From the NCBI GenBank assembly GCA_002633005.1, contig NMRA01000617.1, positions 149,682 to 213,681 of the forward strand: 64,000 nucleotides of DNA, written 5' to 3'. Each line of letters starts with the position of its first letter. Position 1 is the first letter of the stretch. Positions 40,101 to 50,687 of this stretch are shown here, in pieces. This DNA comes from Phoronis australis (lineage: Eukaryota; Animalia; Phoronida). The notes under the pieces were generated by a model. It saw only the letters and a list, made by a program, of their open reading frames with translations. It was not told where the DNA came from and did not search any database. Position numbers and translations under genes: made by a program.

Positions 40101-41111
40101 ATGTGGGACTGGCTGTGTGCAACATATTCCTGTTTGTCCTTACTATCATCACGACGCAATCTCCAACGAACTGTCGGTTGGCTGTATTGGCGTAGAGGTT
40201 GGAAGGGGGTTATTTCATTCTGACCTGTGTTGGCAGAAGTGGAGGGAGTACATTTTGGACCACGCTTCCTAAGAATGCTCCTGAGAGAAAGCCAAGTAAG
40301 GTCACGTTGAAAGTGATTTTGACAAACTCGCAGGAAACTAGTTTTGTGGAACGCAGCCTTGGTTTCGCCCGGTGTTCGTTTCACTTGGTCTAACGCTCCC
40401 ACAATAGGCGAATAACGGTTCGGCCAAATTATTCTGAGCACATCACAGTCTAGAAAAAAATGATAGAAATTACCTCAGGAACTAGCAGTCATGTGGAAAT
40501 TCTCAGAGACTGCAATTTTACTCAAGTGAGATTTATTTACATTTCAGAAATAGTGGATTGTAAGATCAAATTTAGGACTGAAGTCACCTTAAGTCATTTT
40601 TTATAAAATAGACCTCCGCTCCATTAAGTGTTAGCTTTTTCAAGAACAGCGTTTAAGGCCAAAAAACATAGTTGGTTCTAGACTCTTTTGTGAAAATTGA
40701 GTTGGTGGTGCGGTATTTTTACGGTTGCTCGCCTTTTCAAAAAAGAATATCCACCTGAGACGAGCCGAACTGATGCGGGATTTGTTTCTTTTTACCCATC
40801 ATGGCGTTTCAAAACTTGCTTACGTTTGCAAATTTTCACCAAAAATACGATACCTTGGGTGAAATCGATACGTGTGGAAGCAAGTCACAAACTAAGTTTA
40901 GGGTAAAGACGTTAATTGCTTTTTTGGCCTAACTTTCATCATTTTCTTTCTAGGTTGGACATACGGGGCGGTTATATATGAGATTTCTATGATTTGCTAT
41001 GCGGAAGACGTAAAATCCAAAGTTGACAGCAATGTTTCGACGACCTTTCAAGAGCATTTGACACTATTCATAGCAATACTCCTCAGCACTTGCGCTATTA
41101 ATTGTTTTTAG
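18934..41111 (+). CDS. Ectonucleoside triphosphate diphosphohydrolase (GDA1/CD39 family, NTPDase), 8 coding exons, ~459 aa
   Basis: join(18934-19113,23270-23432,24793-24979,27288-27529,28950-29114,33910-34034,36874-37033,40954-41111) = 1380 nt. All introns are GT-AG with consistent phases (0,1,2,1,1,0,1). Motifs: ACR1 DAGSSGSR, ACR2 ATAGLR, ACR3 GEEEG, ACR4 EMGGASTQ, ACR5 GWTYG. Conserved Cys in NPC and CYPFPC. Confidence 0.93.
23270..23432 (+). CDS. NTPDase coding exon 2 (ACR2)
   Basis: TTAG|ITEIGNEKKKPGLSSLAG...TPIYLMATAG|GT. Confidence 0.92.
24793..24979 (+). CDS. NTPDase coding exon 3 (ACR3)
   Basis: LRLVAYQ...RILSGEEEGVFSWISANFLLGRL. The donor AA|GTAATG gives the phase 2 that exon 4 requires. 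Confidence 0.9.
25100..25790. mobile_element. Nested MITEs: inner 25221-25697 (TTA-flanked) inside an older TIR element
   Basis: Inner TIRs GGTGGCACTGAACAGTT / AACTGTTTAGTGCCTCC, with TTA on both sides; the same terminus occurs inverted at ~3770-3825. Outer arms GTGTTTCACATCTGCGCATGTGC (25141) / GCACATGCGCAGATGTGAGACAC (~25713). Confidence 0.75.
26400..26749 (+). pseudogene. Mariner (DD34D) 3' remnant with right TIR
   Basis: LLLRDNSMVHTAQ, FELLPRAPHLPDL (cf. HPPYSPDL), LFPKLK and DYVEK*, then AACTTATTGAATGGCACTAG|TA. Confidence 0.8.
27288..27529 (+). CDS. NTPDase coding exon 4 (ACR4)
   Basis: KNTKTVGVLEMGGASTQIAF...YSLYAHSYLYYG...ENPCLFT. Confidence 0.95.
27860..28358. mobile_element. Harbinger-like MITE with internal GTTAACTG / GCGTCGACG / TTCATACTG repeats
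   Basis: Starts TAA|GGCCCTTTCATATTG. Repeated palindromic motifs; decayed right end ...AGTATGA. Confidence 0.55.
28950..29114 (+). CDS. NTPDase coding exon 5
   Basis: GDTVQENVNGRDITFQGTSDYDGC...QCYPFPCTIGNTYQPPL|GTAAGT. Confidence 0.92.
29417..32429 (+). mobile_element. Decayed non-LTR retrotransposon (APE endonuclease + RT, I/Ingi-like) in NTPDase intron 5
   Basis: APE motifs WNAGG, ICIPETHL, NFYCPP, LLGDFNNHSPSW. RT motifs DGISNEM, SWKEAKI, SYRPISL, SGFRKNRST, HLTKTFDTVW, GVLLGSVIAPTLF, SDDLA. Many stops and frameshifts. The 3' end is truncated at a MITE. Clade assignment is tentative. Confidence 0.9.
33910..34034 (+). CDS. NTPDase coding exon 6
   Basis: TTTCAG|ESNFFYAIVAFFYTLDAIG...AAREYCNQ|GTAAC. 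Confidence 0.92.
36586..36857. mobile_element. GGCCAAAAA-type MITE (family also at 40657-40929, 56984-57280, 61580-61861)
   Basis: Inverted subterminal motifs CATAGTTGGTTC / AACCAACTATG; right end TTTTTGACC|TGA. Confidence 0.65.
36874..37033 (+). CDS. NTPDase coding exon 7
   Basis: NLEQALAKGEPREFVSIRCLMGTYIPIFLHEGLGF...KKINGKSI|GTAAT. Confidence 0.92.
37457..37760. repeat. Inverted pair of ~140-bp MITE copies
   Basis: 37457-37600 and 37618-37760 are diverged reverse complements, e.g. CTGGATAAGTTTGATTGTTGCA vs TGCAACAATCGAACTTATCCAG. Confidence 0.8.
38150..38294. mobile_element. Two tandem ~70-bp micro-MITEs
   Basis: Each has CATGGGCGGCGCA...TGCGCCGCCCATG-type ends and an internal GGGCTATAGCCC palindrome (38150-38218, 38221-38294). 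Confidence 0.7.
38964..39297. repeat. Near-perfect AT-rich palindrome (152-bp arms, 30-bp spacer)
   Basis: 38964-39115 is the reverse complement of 39146-39297 with only a few mismatches. Confidence 0.92.
40657..40929. mobile_element. GGCCAAAAA-type (Harbinger-like) MITE with TAA TSD
   Basis: TAA|GGCCAAAAAA...TTTTTTGGCC|TAA. Confidence 0.8.
40954..41111 (+). CDS. NTPDase coding exon 8 (ACR5 + hydrophobic tail)
   Basis: GWTYGAVIYEIS...DSNVSTTFQEHLTLFIAILLSTCAINCF*. Candidate AATAAA at 41335-41340. Confidence 0.88.
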
Positions 41112-41887
41112 GACGGCCACTTCAACCATTTGCAGACACCTGGCGCGATTCCGTTAGGAATTTAGAAGATGTTTTAATGGATTATTCATGACATCAGTTT
41201 CAATTGGCTACATAGCACAGAAATGAAGATAAAGGAAATCAAAGTTACAGCTTATTGGTTTATTTGAACAATCAGAAACAAAAAAAAAATCAACAATAAC
41301 TTAACATTTAGAGAGTCAAAAGCCCTTAAAATTAAATAAAATCTAAACCAATACGTTGAAAGCACCAAAGAATCTGTGTACAGAACATCAGAGTTCAATA
41401 ATTACAATGATTGACTTAATGTTCCCTGAGCCCCACGTATCTGAATGAAGCACCTGGCCTTGTGTTTCCAGCATAACATTTAAAACATGCAGGTCTGGGG
41501 CAGTAAGCACTGACACAACTTCCGAATTCTACTTATAGGACTAATAATTTTGACGGCGTTTGATATGACATAGTACAAACGGTTGCTAAAGGCACACTAC
41601 TTCCAAGTGACACGAGCATCCAAACATCTCAAAACATGTCTAAGCTATACCTCGACCCATAACACAGAACTGTGGGCAGTTTTTCGAACAGTCTTATGTC
41701 TTTTGGTTATAATTCAGTCTACAGATGGATAAACCTGTTAAACGAAATCAGGATAAGGCTTAAAGTCAGAAAATGTTTCTATAACTCGAAATCAAACGAC
41801 AGAAATCTGTAGCCTGCTCATAAGCAGACTACACGCTTAAGCCAAAAGACAAGAAATCAACTTTTGCATGAAGATCGACTCTTCGAT

Positions 41888-44665
41888 ACACTGGCTCCTG
41901 GGGCTTGTTTCTCGATGAGATTATTGGCTGTTATCTTTTCAAGTTAGCCATAAGTCACAAATCTGACTACGAATGGCCAAAAGTTAATTTTGTGTCTTTT
42001 GCGTTTCGCGAAATGTTTTCATTGTCTTCTGTCCAGTCAAGCATACTAGATTTCTGTCTTTTGTTTTCTTTCGAGTTGTAGACAAATATACCGATTTTCA
42101 GCCTTAGTGTGCTTTCACGAAACTGACAAAATCATCTGCAGACTGTAGTTTAGCCGGAAGTCAAAAGTCCCTCAGAGAAACAGGGTCTTATTCGATATTT
42201 CTCTTTTACTGGCGTCGCGGTAAATACGTCTCCTTGGTAACTAAGTTTCCCAGTAAGTAGACGTAGTGTTAAGATAATGAGTCTTTTTCATAAATGATTA
42301 CATTTTTCAACTTTTGGCCCCACTGTTAATTAATCTTCTAGTCGAATTTTTCTTTTTCTTGCATATTGAAGTTTTTTGAGTGACCCATATAATAAGGGTA
42401 ATCTGGGTGTCAACTAGGGAAATGGTTCGTTTCAGGAGTCACTACAATAAACGATACTGGCTAATTCCCAGCTAACTCGCGCGAAAATTCTTCACATATA
42501 TTCGAATGAAGAGAAAATTATGCATGCGCAAGAGTGGTCAGGAAATTTATTTCTCAAGAAAACCTACTTATCGTGACACTGGCAATATTCGAAGTCGACA
42601 TGATATAAGTTTCTTTTATTCAAAATTGACTCACTATCCATTCTCACAGGTTTATCATAAAACACATAATTTTCAATTAATAATTAGCCCCCAAAATGCA
42701 GGAAGTATTGCATCTTGGGCACCAAATAAATTTTCAACAGTGCAGATGCTAACCCTCGCGGGAAAAAGTACAAGCGCTAGTCCTCAGGCGCAGTCTTGCA
42801 AAGGGTTCACAAATCAATAAAAAATAAATGCTATCATCAGGGTCAGTACTGATAACGAACATTTTACAAAAGAAATACAAACAATGTTCAGGCTTAGGAT
42901 CAAAGCCAAGCTAAAGCGGCAGAAATTCCGAATCCACCGGCTACAAAAAGCACCGCCACGATCCCTGGATGTTTTCGCATTTCTTCCGCCATAATTTCGA
43001 CAAATGTCACGAAGAAAAACGTACCTGTCGCAACCCCTGTTAACAATCCGCTGGCAAGAGTGGAAGTCATGTTGGAAGCGCAGTTAATTGTTATGATACC
43101 GACGGCGATGCCAACAGGGGCAATAAAGGCGAAGAGCACGAGCAGAATGACCACATTGCGCATGCCCATACCACACTGTGAAAATTCCAGTCCCAAGGTG
43201 AACGATAGGACGGCCTTGTGAATAGAAACGGCCAGCAACAAAGACCACACGTTCAGCACTTTCTTCTGTAGTNACACTGGCTCCTGGGGCTTGTTTCTCG
43301 ATGAGATTATTGGCTGTTATCTTTTTAAGTTAGCCATAAGTCACAAATCTGACTACGAATGGACAAAAGTTGATTTTGTGTCTTTTGCGTTTCTCGAAAT
43401 GTTTTCATTGTCTTCTGTCCAGTCAAGCATACTAGATTTCTGTCTTTTGTTTTCTTTCGAGTTGTAGACAAATATACCGACTTTCACCCTTAGTGTGCTT
43501 TCACGAAACTGACAAAATCATCTGCAGACTGTAGTTTAGCCGGAAGTCAAAAGTCCCTCAAAGAAACAGGCCCGTGGTCTTATTCGATATTTCTCTTTTA
43601 CTGGCGTCGCGGTAAATACGTCTCCTTGGTAACTACGTTTCCCAGTAAGTAGACGTAGTGTTAAGATAATGAGTCTTTTTCATAAATGATTACATTTTTC
43701 AACTTTTGGCCCCACTGTTAATTAATTTTCTAGTCGAATTTTTCTTTTTCTTGCATATTGAAGTTTTTTTGAGTGACCCATATAATAAGGGTAATCTGGG
43801 TGTCAACTAGGGAAATGGTTCGTTTCAGGAGTCACTACAATAAACGATACTAGCTAATTCCCAGCTAACTCGCGCGAAAATTCTTCACATATATTCGAAT
43901 GAAGAGAAAATTATGCATGCGCAAGAGTGGTCAGGAAATTTATTTCTCAAGAAAACCTACTTATCGTGACACTGGCAATATTTGAAGTCGACAAGATATA
44001 AGTTTCTTTTATTCAAAATTGACTCACTATCCATTCTCACAGGTTTATCATAAAACACATAATTTTCAATTAATAATTAGCCCCCAAAATGCAGGAAGTA
44101 TTGCATCTTGGGCACCAAATAAATTTTCAACAGTGCAGATGCTAACCCTCGCGGGAAAAAGTACAAGCGCTAGTCCTCAGGCGCAGTCTTGCAAAGGGTT
44201 CACAAATCAATAAAAAATAAATGCTATCATCAGGGTCAGTACTGATAACGAACATTTTACAAAAGAAATACAAACAATGTTCAGGCTTAGGATCAAAGCC
44301 AAGCTAAAGCGGCAGAAATTCCGAATCCACCGGCTACAAAAAGCACCGCCACGATCCCTGGATGTTTTCGCATTTCTTCCGCCATAATTTCGACAAATGT
44401 CACGAAGAAAAACGTACCTGTCGCAACCCCTGTTAACAATCCGCTGGCAAGAGTGGAAGTCATGTTGGAAGCGCAGTTAATTGTTATGATACCGACGGCG
44501 ATGCCAACAGGGGCAATAAAGGCGAAGAGCACGAGCAGAATGACCACATTGCGCATGCCCATACCACACTGTGAAAATTCCAGTCCCAAGGTGAACGATA
44601 GGACGGCCTTGTGAATAGAAACGGCCAGCAACAAAGACCACACGTTCAGCACTTTCTTCTGTAGT
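41888..44665 (+). repeat. Tandem near-identical duplicate (41888-43272 vs 43274-44665) at a single-N join; probable haplotype artefact
   Basis: The copies abut the N at 43273 and differ by scattered SNPs and short indels (CCCGTG, one T). Confidence 0.9.
42900..43272 (-). other. Duplicated 3' third of the ZIP CDS (likely allelic copy, not a second gene)
   Basis: Identical peptide LQKKVLNVW...AALAWL*, cut off exactly at the N. Confidence 0.75.
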
Positions 44666-45210
44666 CCTATAGCAACACCTTCAAAGATTGTGTGTGATGC
44701 AATGGCGAAAAATAAAACAACACATCTGAGAATATTGCTGCCGTTGCTTTCGTCTTTGAGGATCTGCGACGGAAGCGCTGTTTCGTCTTCACTTGAAAGA
44801 GGCGAGTCACATACCTCGTATTTATCTTTTGATAAGTTTGCTAATTTAATGTCTTGGTCCTCTTTTTTACCGATGTGTTTACCAATCTGACATTTAGCAA
44901 GAATCTGTTCGATTGTCATAACTAAAATAAAGCCCATGGAAGCCGTCAGCTCCGCAAAAGGGTAATCTTTAGAAATTCCCAGTTCTTTGACTGCATACTC
45001 TACAGTGTTTCTGACATCCGGTAGTAGGTGTAGAAATGCCGTGCCCATTAGAATTCCAGCGGAGAAACAGTTCAAGGCAGACAAAATAAATCGCATGCGT
45101 TTGCTTTTGGTGTCTATTCGTTGCACAAGAATCACGGGGAGAAATCCGCAGATTAGCGCCACCGCAAATAACATAAATAACACGATTATCTTTATTATCG
45201 TGATATCCAT
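44293..45210 (-). CDS. ZIP family (SLC39 subfamily II, ZIP1/ZIP3-like) zinc transporter, 305 aa, intronless CDS
   Basis: ATG at 45210 (MDITIIKII). Hydrophobic segments in the ZIP 3+5 pattern. Motifs CFSAGILMGTAFLHLLP, YPFAE, TM4 HTIFEGVAIG, TM5 IHKAVLSF, APVGIAVG, GTFFFVTFVEI. Confidence 0.95.
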   Translation of the reverse strand: MDITIIKIIVLFMLFAVALICGFLPVILVQRIDTKSKRMRFILSALNCFSAGILMGTAFLHLLPDVRNTVEYAVKELGISKDYPFAELTASMGFILVMTIEQILAKCQIGKHIGKKEDQDIKLANLSKDKYEVCDSPLSSEDETALPSQILKDESNGSNILRCVVLFFAIASHTIFEGVAIGLQKKVLNVWSLLLAVSIHKAVLSFTLGLEFSQCGMGMRNVVILLVLFAFIAPVGIAVGIITINCASNMTSTLASGLLTGVATGTFFFVTFVEIMAEEMRKHPGIVAVLFVAGGFGISAALAWL

Positions 45211-48200
45211 AGCTTGAGTATTTCGAGACAATATGCAAAATCGATTGCACACCTTGACAGTAACACGTGTTTAAAATAATTGATCACACGTTCTACGATA
45301 CGAATCGTCACAGCAAAAGCGCGTTATCGTACTCCTAGTCCTTTTCAGTAATCCCTTACGAAATTATACCTATCCTAAACAAGTGTAACAGGTTATAATC
45401 GCGTCGGGTGAATATCAGGTTTACGATAGTAAATAGTCTCACAGTTCGCGCCTTCTTACAGTCTTTGGAGGGCCTGTGGAAACAAGAACTCGTTGTATGC
45501 CGTATCTATTCCAGTGGTCACAAACTAATTCCATGTCTCTCAAATTCCTCCCATAGTCGATTTGTTGTATTCGTTTCTTACGCTTTTACCGCAGCTGAAT
45601 CGTTGTCTACTTGAAGTTGGTGTAGCGTAACAACTCTGAAATACAATTGCTGCTCATTATTCGAGCAACTGCCCGATCAATCTTCCCACAGTGACACCCG
45701 CATGCGACCTCCTATCGCGCTCTGAATAGGTATACGTGACAAGTACCCTGTATGTTTGAGTACGCAAACAGTCTTTGTACATTCGTTCCTGTTCGTTATC
45801 GGAGTCTAAGGGCCTCATGTTATATTAAATAGATAGCTCGACTTCTATGTGCGTGTGATAGTACTTGTGTATCTGATCCGCTATACTGTAATGTACAGTA
45901 AATTGCTGTGATATGCGGATACAGTTCAATTTACCACGATCACGACTGCAGGGCATTCCAGTGCAGTCCATGATGCTACACGTGACATTTTATCCACAGC
46001 ATAAGCGAAAGCTTAGGCGAAAACTGTCAAAACATTGCGTTCTTAGTGTGATGGCGTCCCTTACCGAAATGCGTTGACGACCGGTACAAAAGCAAGCTGA
46101 CTGAAACTTCATCTCAATCAATGAGCTTCACGTACGGCGTTTGATGTGCTGTTCAATCAACACAAGAACGATGACATCATCGCCGTCTCGGAAACTTGAC
46201 TCTCAAAATACAACTGACTACTACAGAGCACGACGAAGGTTGAATAACTGAGCAACAATAATGGAACGACAACGCACCCCCTAATGTCCTGGCGTCATCT
46301 CTTGTAGTATGATATTCTGTATTCTGTCCACCTTGTAACGCCACAGCGCAGTTGCAAATTTACACACTGTCCATGTTTTGAGAGTTTCTCGTAAATTGCT
46401 TGGTTGAACAAATCTGTGCATTGTGAATACACACAGTATTGACGATTACCGTTCATGTAACCACAACACCACAGCGTGAGTGAGAGCCATGTCGGTCAGA
46501 AATTCAACATCAACAGAAACCAGTCTCGATTCAGCCGGCGACTTCAGTCAATGTACATTGATCTAATAGAATCCAGGGCGCTCGTCTCTTCCCCATTCAC
46601 TTGACTTTGTACTCACGAAGAACTACGAACTAGGCTGGCCAGCTGTGTGAGTTTACCAAAGATACTATATCCCAATCTTTGAGTTTACTAAACGCAAACC
46701 AAGGCGCGGAAATGTGATCACAGTTGACTTAACTACCCGCTAAGTCAGTTGTAAAATACGGCTGGCGATGCTGAAAATTCCACCTAACAGTTATGCTTAA
46801 GCGGTTTAGTTTAACTGACTTGGATCAATGACGGGAAAACACAAGTGGCTTGTCACAGGAGTGGTGAAAACCAAGGTACCTAAACTACACGGTCAACGGA
46901 CTCAAAACGCTGGTTTCGTGTTACAGCATATAGCTCAGCAGCTGTGCTGGTGGCGAAGGTGGTAATTTTCGCTACCAATTGTTTTTTCTCAGTTACCACC
47001 CGCACCCAAATTTAAGGATAGGAATCTATGTAACTTAGGCTATGACATGAACTCGAGTTGTTATTTGTTAACTTATCTTAATAATGAGAAGCGGTACAAT
47101 TACAGTCCTCAAATTGAAAACCTGATATGCAGGCACATTAACAAGCAAAGAGGATCATTACTGACAGATGCCAAAAGGACAAAAGACATGGCATAATAAC
47201 ACAATACATAGGATATATTGAGCGATCTATTTACAAATAAACCGAGTAAATGAAGAAACGCACATAAACAAAAAACACAGACGCCCAATGAGACTGACAA
47301 GTAATCAAAATTTAAGTTTGCTATTGTAGGGCCTAAGTGAAAGTGGATACTATAAAAAATGTTCAGATCTAAGTTTTAACTTAAAAGTTGTTGCGAAGCC
47401 TCAAGTGAAAATGAAGCCCTTCTACAAAAACATATTTTACTGCTTACAAACTTGGTAACCTGAAGCAACAATTAGTTAAGTACAATTGCTGCGTTCGTGT
47501 CACCTAAACACAGCAGAATTGGGCTCTTTTTGAATTTCCTGCATTCTTTATGTTATCGGTTTTATGTAAGTAATCACGTTTGTGCACTTACATGGCCTCA
47601 ACTCCAGGGGAAGGTCATTGGTGAACTAGAAATAGGTACACTGAATGAATGGGGTAAGGGATTTTTGCACACAAATAAAAACGTCTATTATTTTTCAAAG
47701 AGGTTGCTATAGCATAATTTTGAAAAATTAGTGGAGCTGGGTGCTAATGATATTCGCTGTTGCAATTATTTGTTAACTCTGGTCAAATGCAAAACAATAA
47801 AGTTTCGTTAACGCACGTATTAGAAGAGTGTACGATGGAAATATTGCAAACATGCAGATGTATATAGGTTAAAAACAATCTGAGTACAGAGGCATATTGC
47901 GGTAGAGGCAAATACGCTGTGTGGCGGGTGAATTTTCTTAGTTTGTACTAGGACGCGGGGTTACTCGCACAACAGGTATACACAGAACGTGTCACTAAAA
48001 TTCGTGTTTTTCACGGCAAAGTCCCGCGGCCCTTGCTTGTAGATCGGAAAAGGTACCGGACCACGGAAAGGGTCCGTTTTATGGGCTAGCAAAGGGCCAT
48101 TTTTGTTACAAAACGGAACTTCACAAAAGGTTAAATAATAAGTTTGTGGTATTAAAAGGCTGCAATCCATAGAGTTGTTCACTCCACAAAATACTAAGGA

Positions 48201-48709
48201 ATCTCTGAAACAGTGCTTACTTGCAAAGGTGCAAGTTTTAGTAGGGCCTACACTAGTTTCAAACTGAATTCCACAGATACTGCTCTCCAATGACACGCAT
48301 TGGGCTCGAAAGATATGCTTCATAAATGAGTCAATATAACTGTATAAGAAGTCTTGATTGACAATTGATAAAAAATCGTCTTATCGAAAAACATCGCCAT
48401 TTCTGGTAAATGCTGCAAACACATACTTCAAAGTCACGTGAACCGCCAGACGCTCTCAACAATTGTAACACGTCAACAATTTAAAAGTTGGTCGTACAAA
48501 TGTCTTAACTGCATTCGTCGGTGGGCTTACTTAGTGAATTCAGGCTCAGCGTCCGTTGCTGTGGTGGCCATAAAAGCGTTGAAAAGCCGGATGCGCACGA
48601 ATGTTTTGCGGCGGACATAAAGGTCAAGATAAGAGCAGGCCTTACCACACAAGTACGCAAGAGAGCTGCATCAGCGAGTACATAACTCCGACAAATAAAC
48701 TATACTTTT

Positions 48710-49692
48710 TAAAGATGGAGCGGGTGAAGAACGTCCCTATGGCGTCGATGATGTCATCCCAACTGTAGCTCCTGCTGGCACTTTGAGACATTAGTTGGCG
48801 AGCATCGCAGAATCTCTCATCGGGATTATGTCTCCCACTTGATCAGACCCATTAGATCATCAGCGTACCTCAGTGAAGTCACAGTAGCACTTAGCGCAAG
48901 GATTGTTCTTCAACAATGCAGCCCTTCGGAAATCCAAAAACTGCGCCTCGTACAAACCACCACGCCTCTCAACACCACGCATGCTCTGTTGAGAACATTA
49001 ATCTGCTCACATTTCTTGATCAAAATGTCAATCACGGTCGGTCAGTGGAGTAAATCCAAACCTTTTCTCCTTTTGTAGTCACTGAGCAGTTGACGGAGTG
49101 TGCTTCCTCATCCTGCAAAGTCAATAAAATTGCCCAGTAAATTTGAATTGAATTTTCCTCCAACGGTGAAAAACTTCTAAGTTGAGGCCCAATTCCTTTC
49201 CTATTCACTAACTGGAAAACCGCGCACTCTTTACAGACCTCGTACGACTGTTCGTGAAGTTCTTTGCGGGCGTGGAACAACTGTTGTCGCTCAACTAAAT
49301 ACACAGAGCCATAATTTCCTTTATCAATGACAACGGGTTTTCCGTCACGATAAAGAAAACTACAGAGCGTTGGATCTGGTACAACAGTCAAACAAAAATT
49401 AGGGACAAAGTCTGGTAGATCGAGAAGCGGTGACGTCTTGAAAGTCGGAATCGGAAAAGCAGATTCATACCCAGGCCCACTTCCACTCGTTTTGGTACGC
49501 TTTTTGTGGAAAATACCGATTTAACTTTACACACTGCTCTCTGGAAAAATTAAAGCTTTCGCTCTTTGCCGTCCATATCTAACCCAAGCATGTCTTCACT
49601 CGTACCAGCTGCTGGCACGTATCCAGGTCATACCACTTTCTTTCGAAAACACGTGCAAACTACTGTCTGCATTCGAGCCTGGTATCTGCCAT
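48710..49692 (-). pseudogene. Intronless protein-kinase-like pseudogene
   Basis: G-loop IDKGNYGSVYLV, beta3 Lys (ARKEL), alphaC Glu (CKECAV), GIGPQL, EQINVLNRACVV. The HxD catalytic loop is missing, and the DFG-equivalent reads FLDFRRA (48926-48934). Stops and frameshifts are present. Confidence 0.7.
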
Positions 49693-49819
49693 CTTGAAGA
49701 CGTTCGGCATCACCAGAATACCTAGTGATGAAAAGGCGCCACTCATGGCTAAGCCATAGTAACTGTCACATTTCAACTCATCCTCAGATGGGATGATGTT
49801 AGTTCTTGACTAGTATTTG

Positions 49820-50200
49820 AGCAATGTACACGGCTGTTGCGCAGAGCTTGCTGTATCGGTTTTTTGGCATCACCAGAAAAGACAGGGGGTGGCACGTCGT
49901 CACTCTATGTCACCACCTTGCAATCGTTGCCTCCTAACCCATCCTCGACAGGAATGACGTTTCCACGCAGCTCTCAACAAGCACTGAAACTCAAGCAATG
50001 TTCACGGTTGTTACGCATAGCTGTCTTGTTTTGTCTTTTTCTTGGCATCAGTAGAACATCCAGGCCGGTGGCAAGTCGTCAATCTTGGCCACCCCCCCTT
50101 ACAATCGTCGCCTTCCAAAACATCATCGACAGGGTGGCGCACCTACGCGGCTCTCGACGTGCAGTCGAGTAAGGTACACCTATGTTACGCATATCTCAGT
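49820..50200. repeat. Diverged tandem repeat, 174-bp period (~2.2 copies)
   Basis: The motif GTT(G/A)CGCA(G/T)A recurs at 49836, 50010 and 50184, with colinear similarity between units. Confidence 0.7.
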
Positions 50201-50687
50201 ATTCCTTTATCCTTTGGCTCGCTATAACGAAATAAACAGTTTACGTCTCTCATTCGTGTTTCTTATCAGGAATCATCCCAACTATTCTTGTCACATTGCA
50301 CACCTCCATTAAGTAAAACAGCCCGAATGAGTATTTTTTACATCCTTCTTTATAGCGGTGCAATAAAGACCACGAGGTGTTTTATGAAATTCTCGTAAAC
50401 GGTCATAGTAGAACACTTTCTATACATTGGATATTTTTCATAACCAATTACGGATTAACTTTTATATTTGCGAAAACGTACATAAAAATACTCCATTACG
50501 AGGACGTGTTCCGTCAAGAACTCAAAAGCAATTGTACGCACAGAAATTCTGGGGTAAAACATAGTGATACGGTCGCACATTCCAAGGCAAATTAAAATGA
50601 ATTGTACCTAATCGCTTTTAGTATTTTGGAACTAAAATACCTCGACGAAGATTTATGGTAAATGAAGTTCAGGCTTTTGGACTTGTT

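Noticed and set aside
45211-45252. N-terminal extension of ZIP from the GTG at 45252
   Set aside because: Non-ATG start in a eukaryote. The first ATG at 45210 gives a normal ZIP N-terminus.
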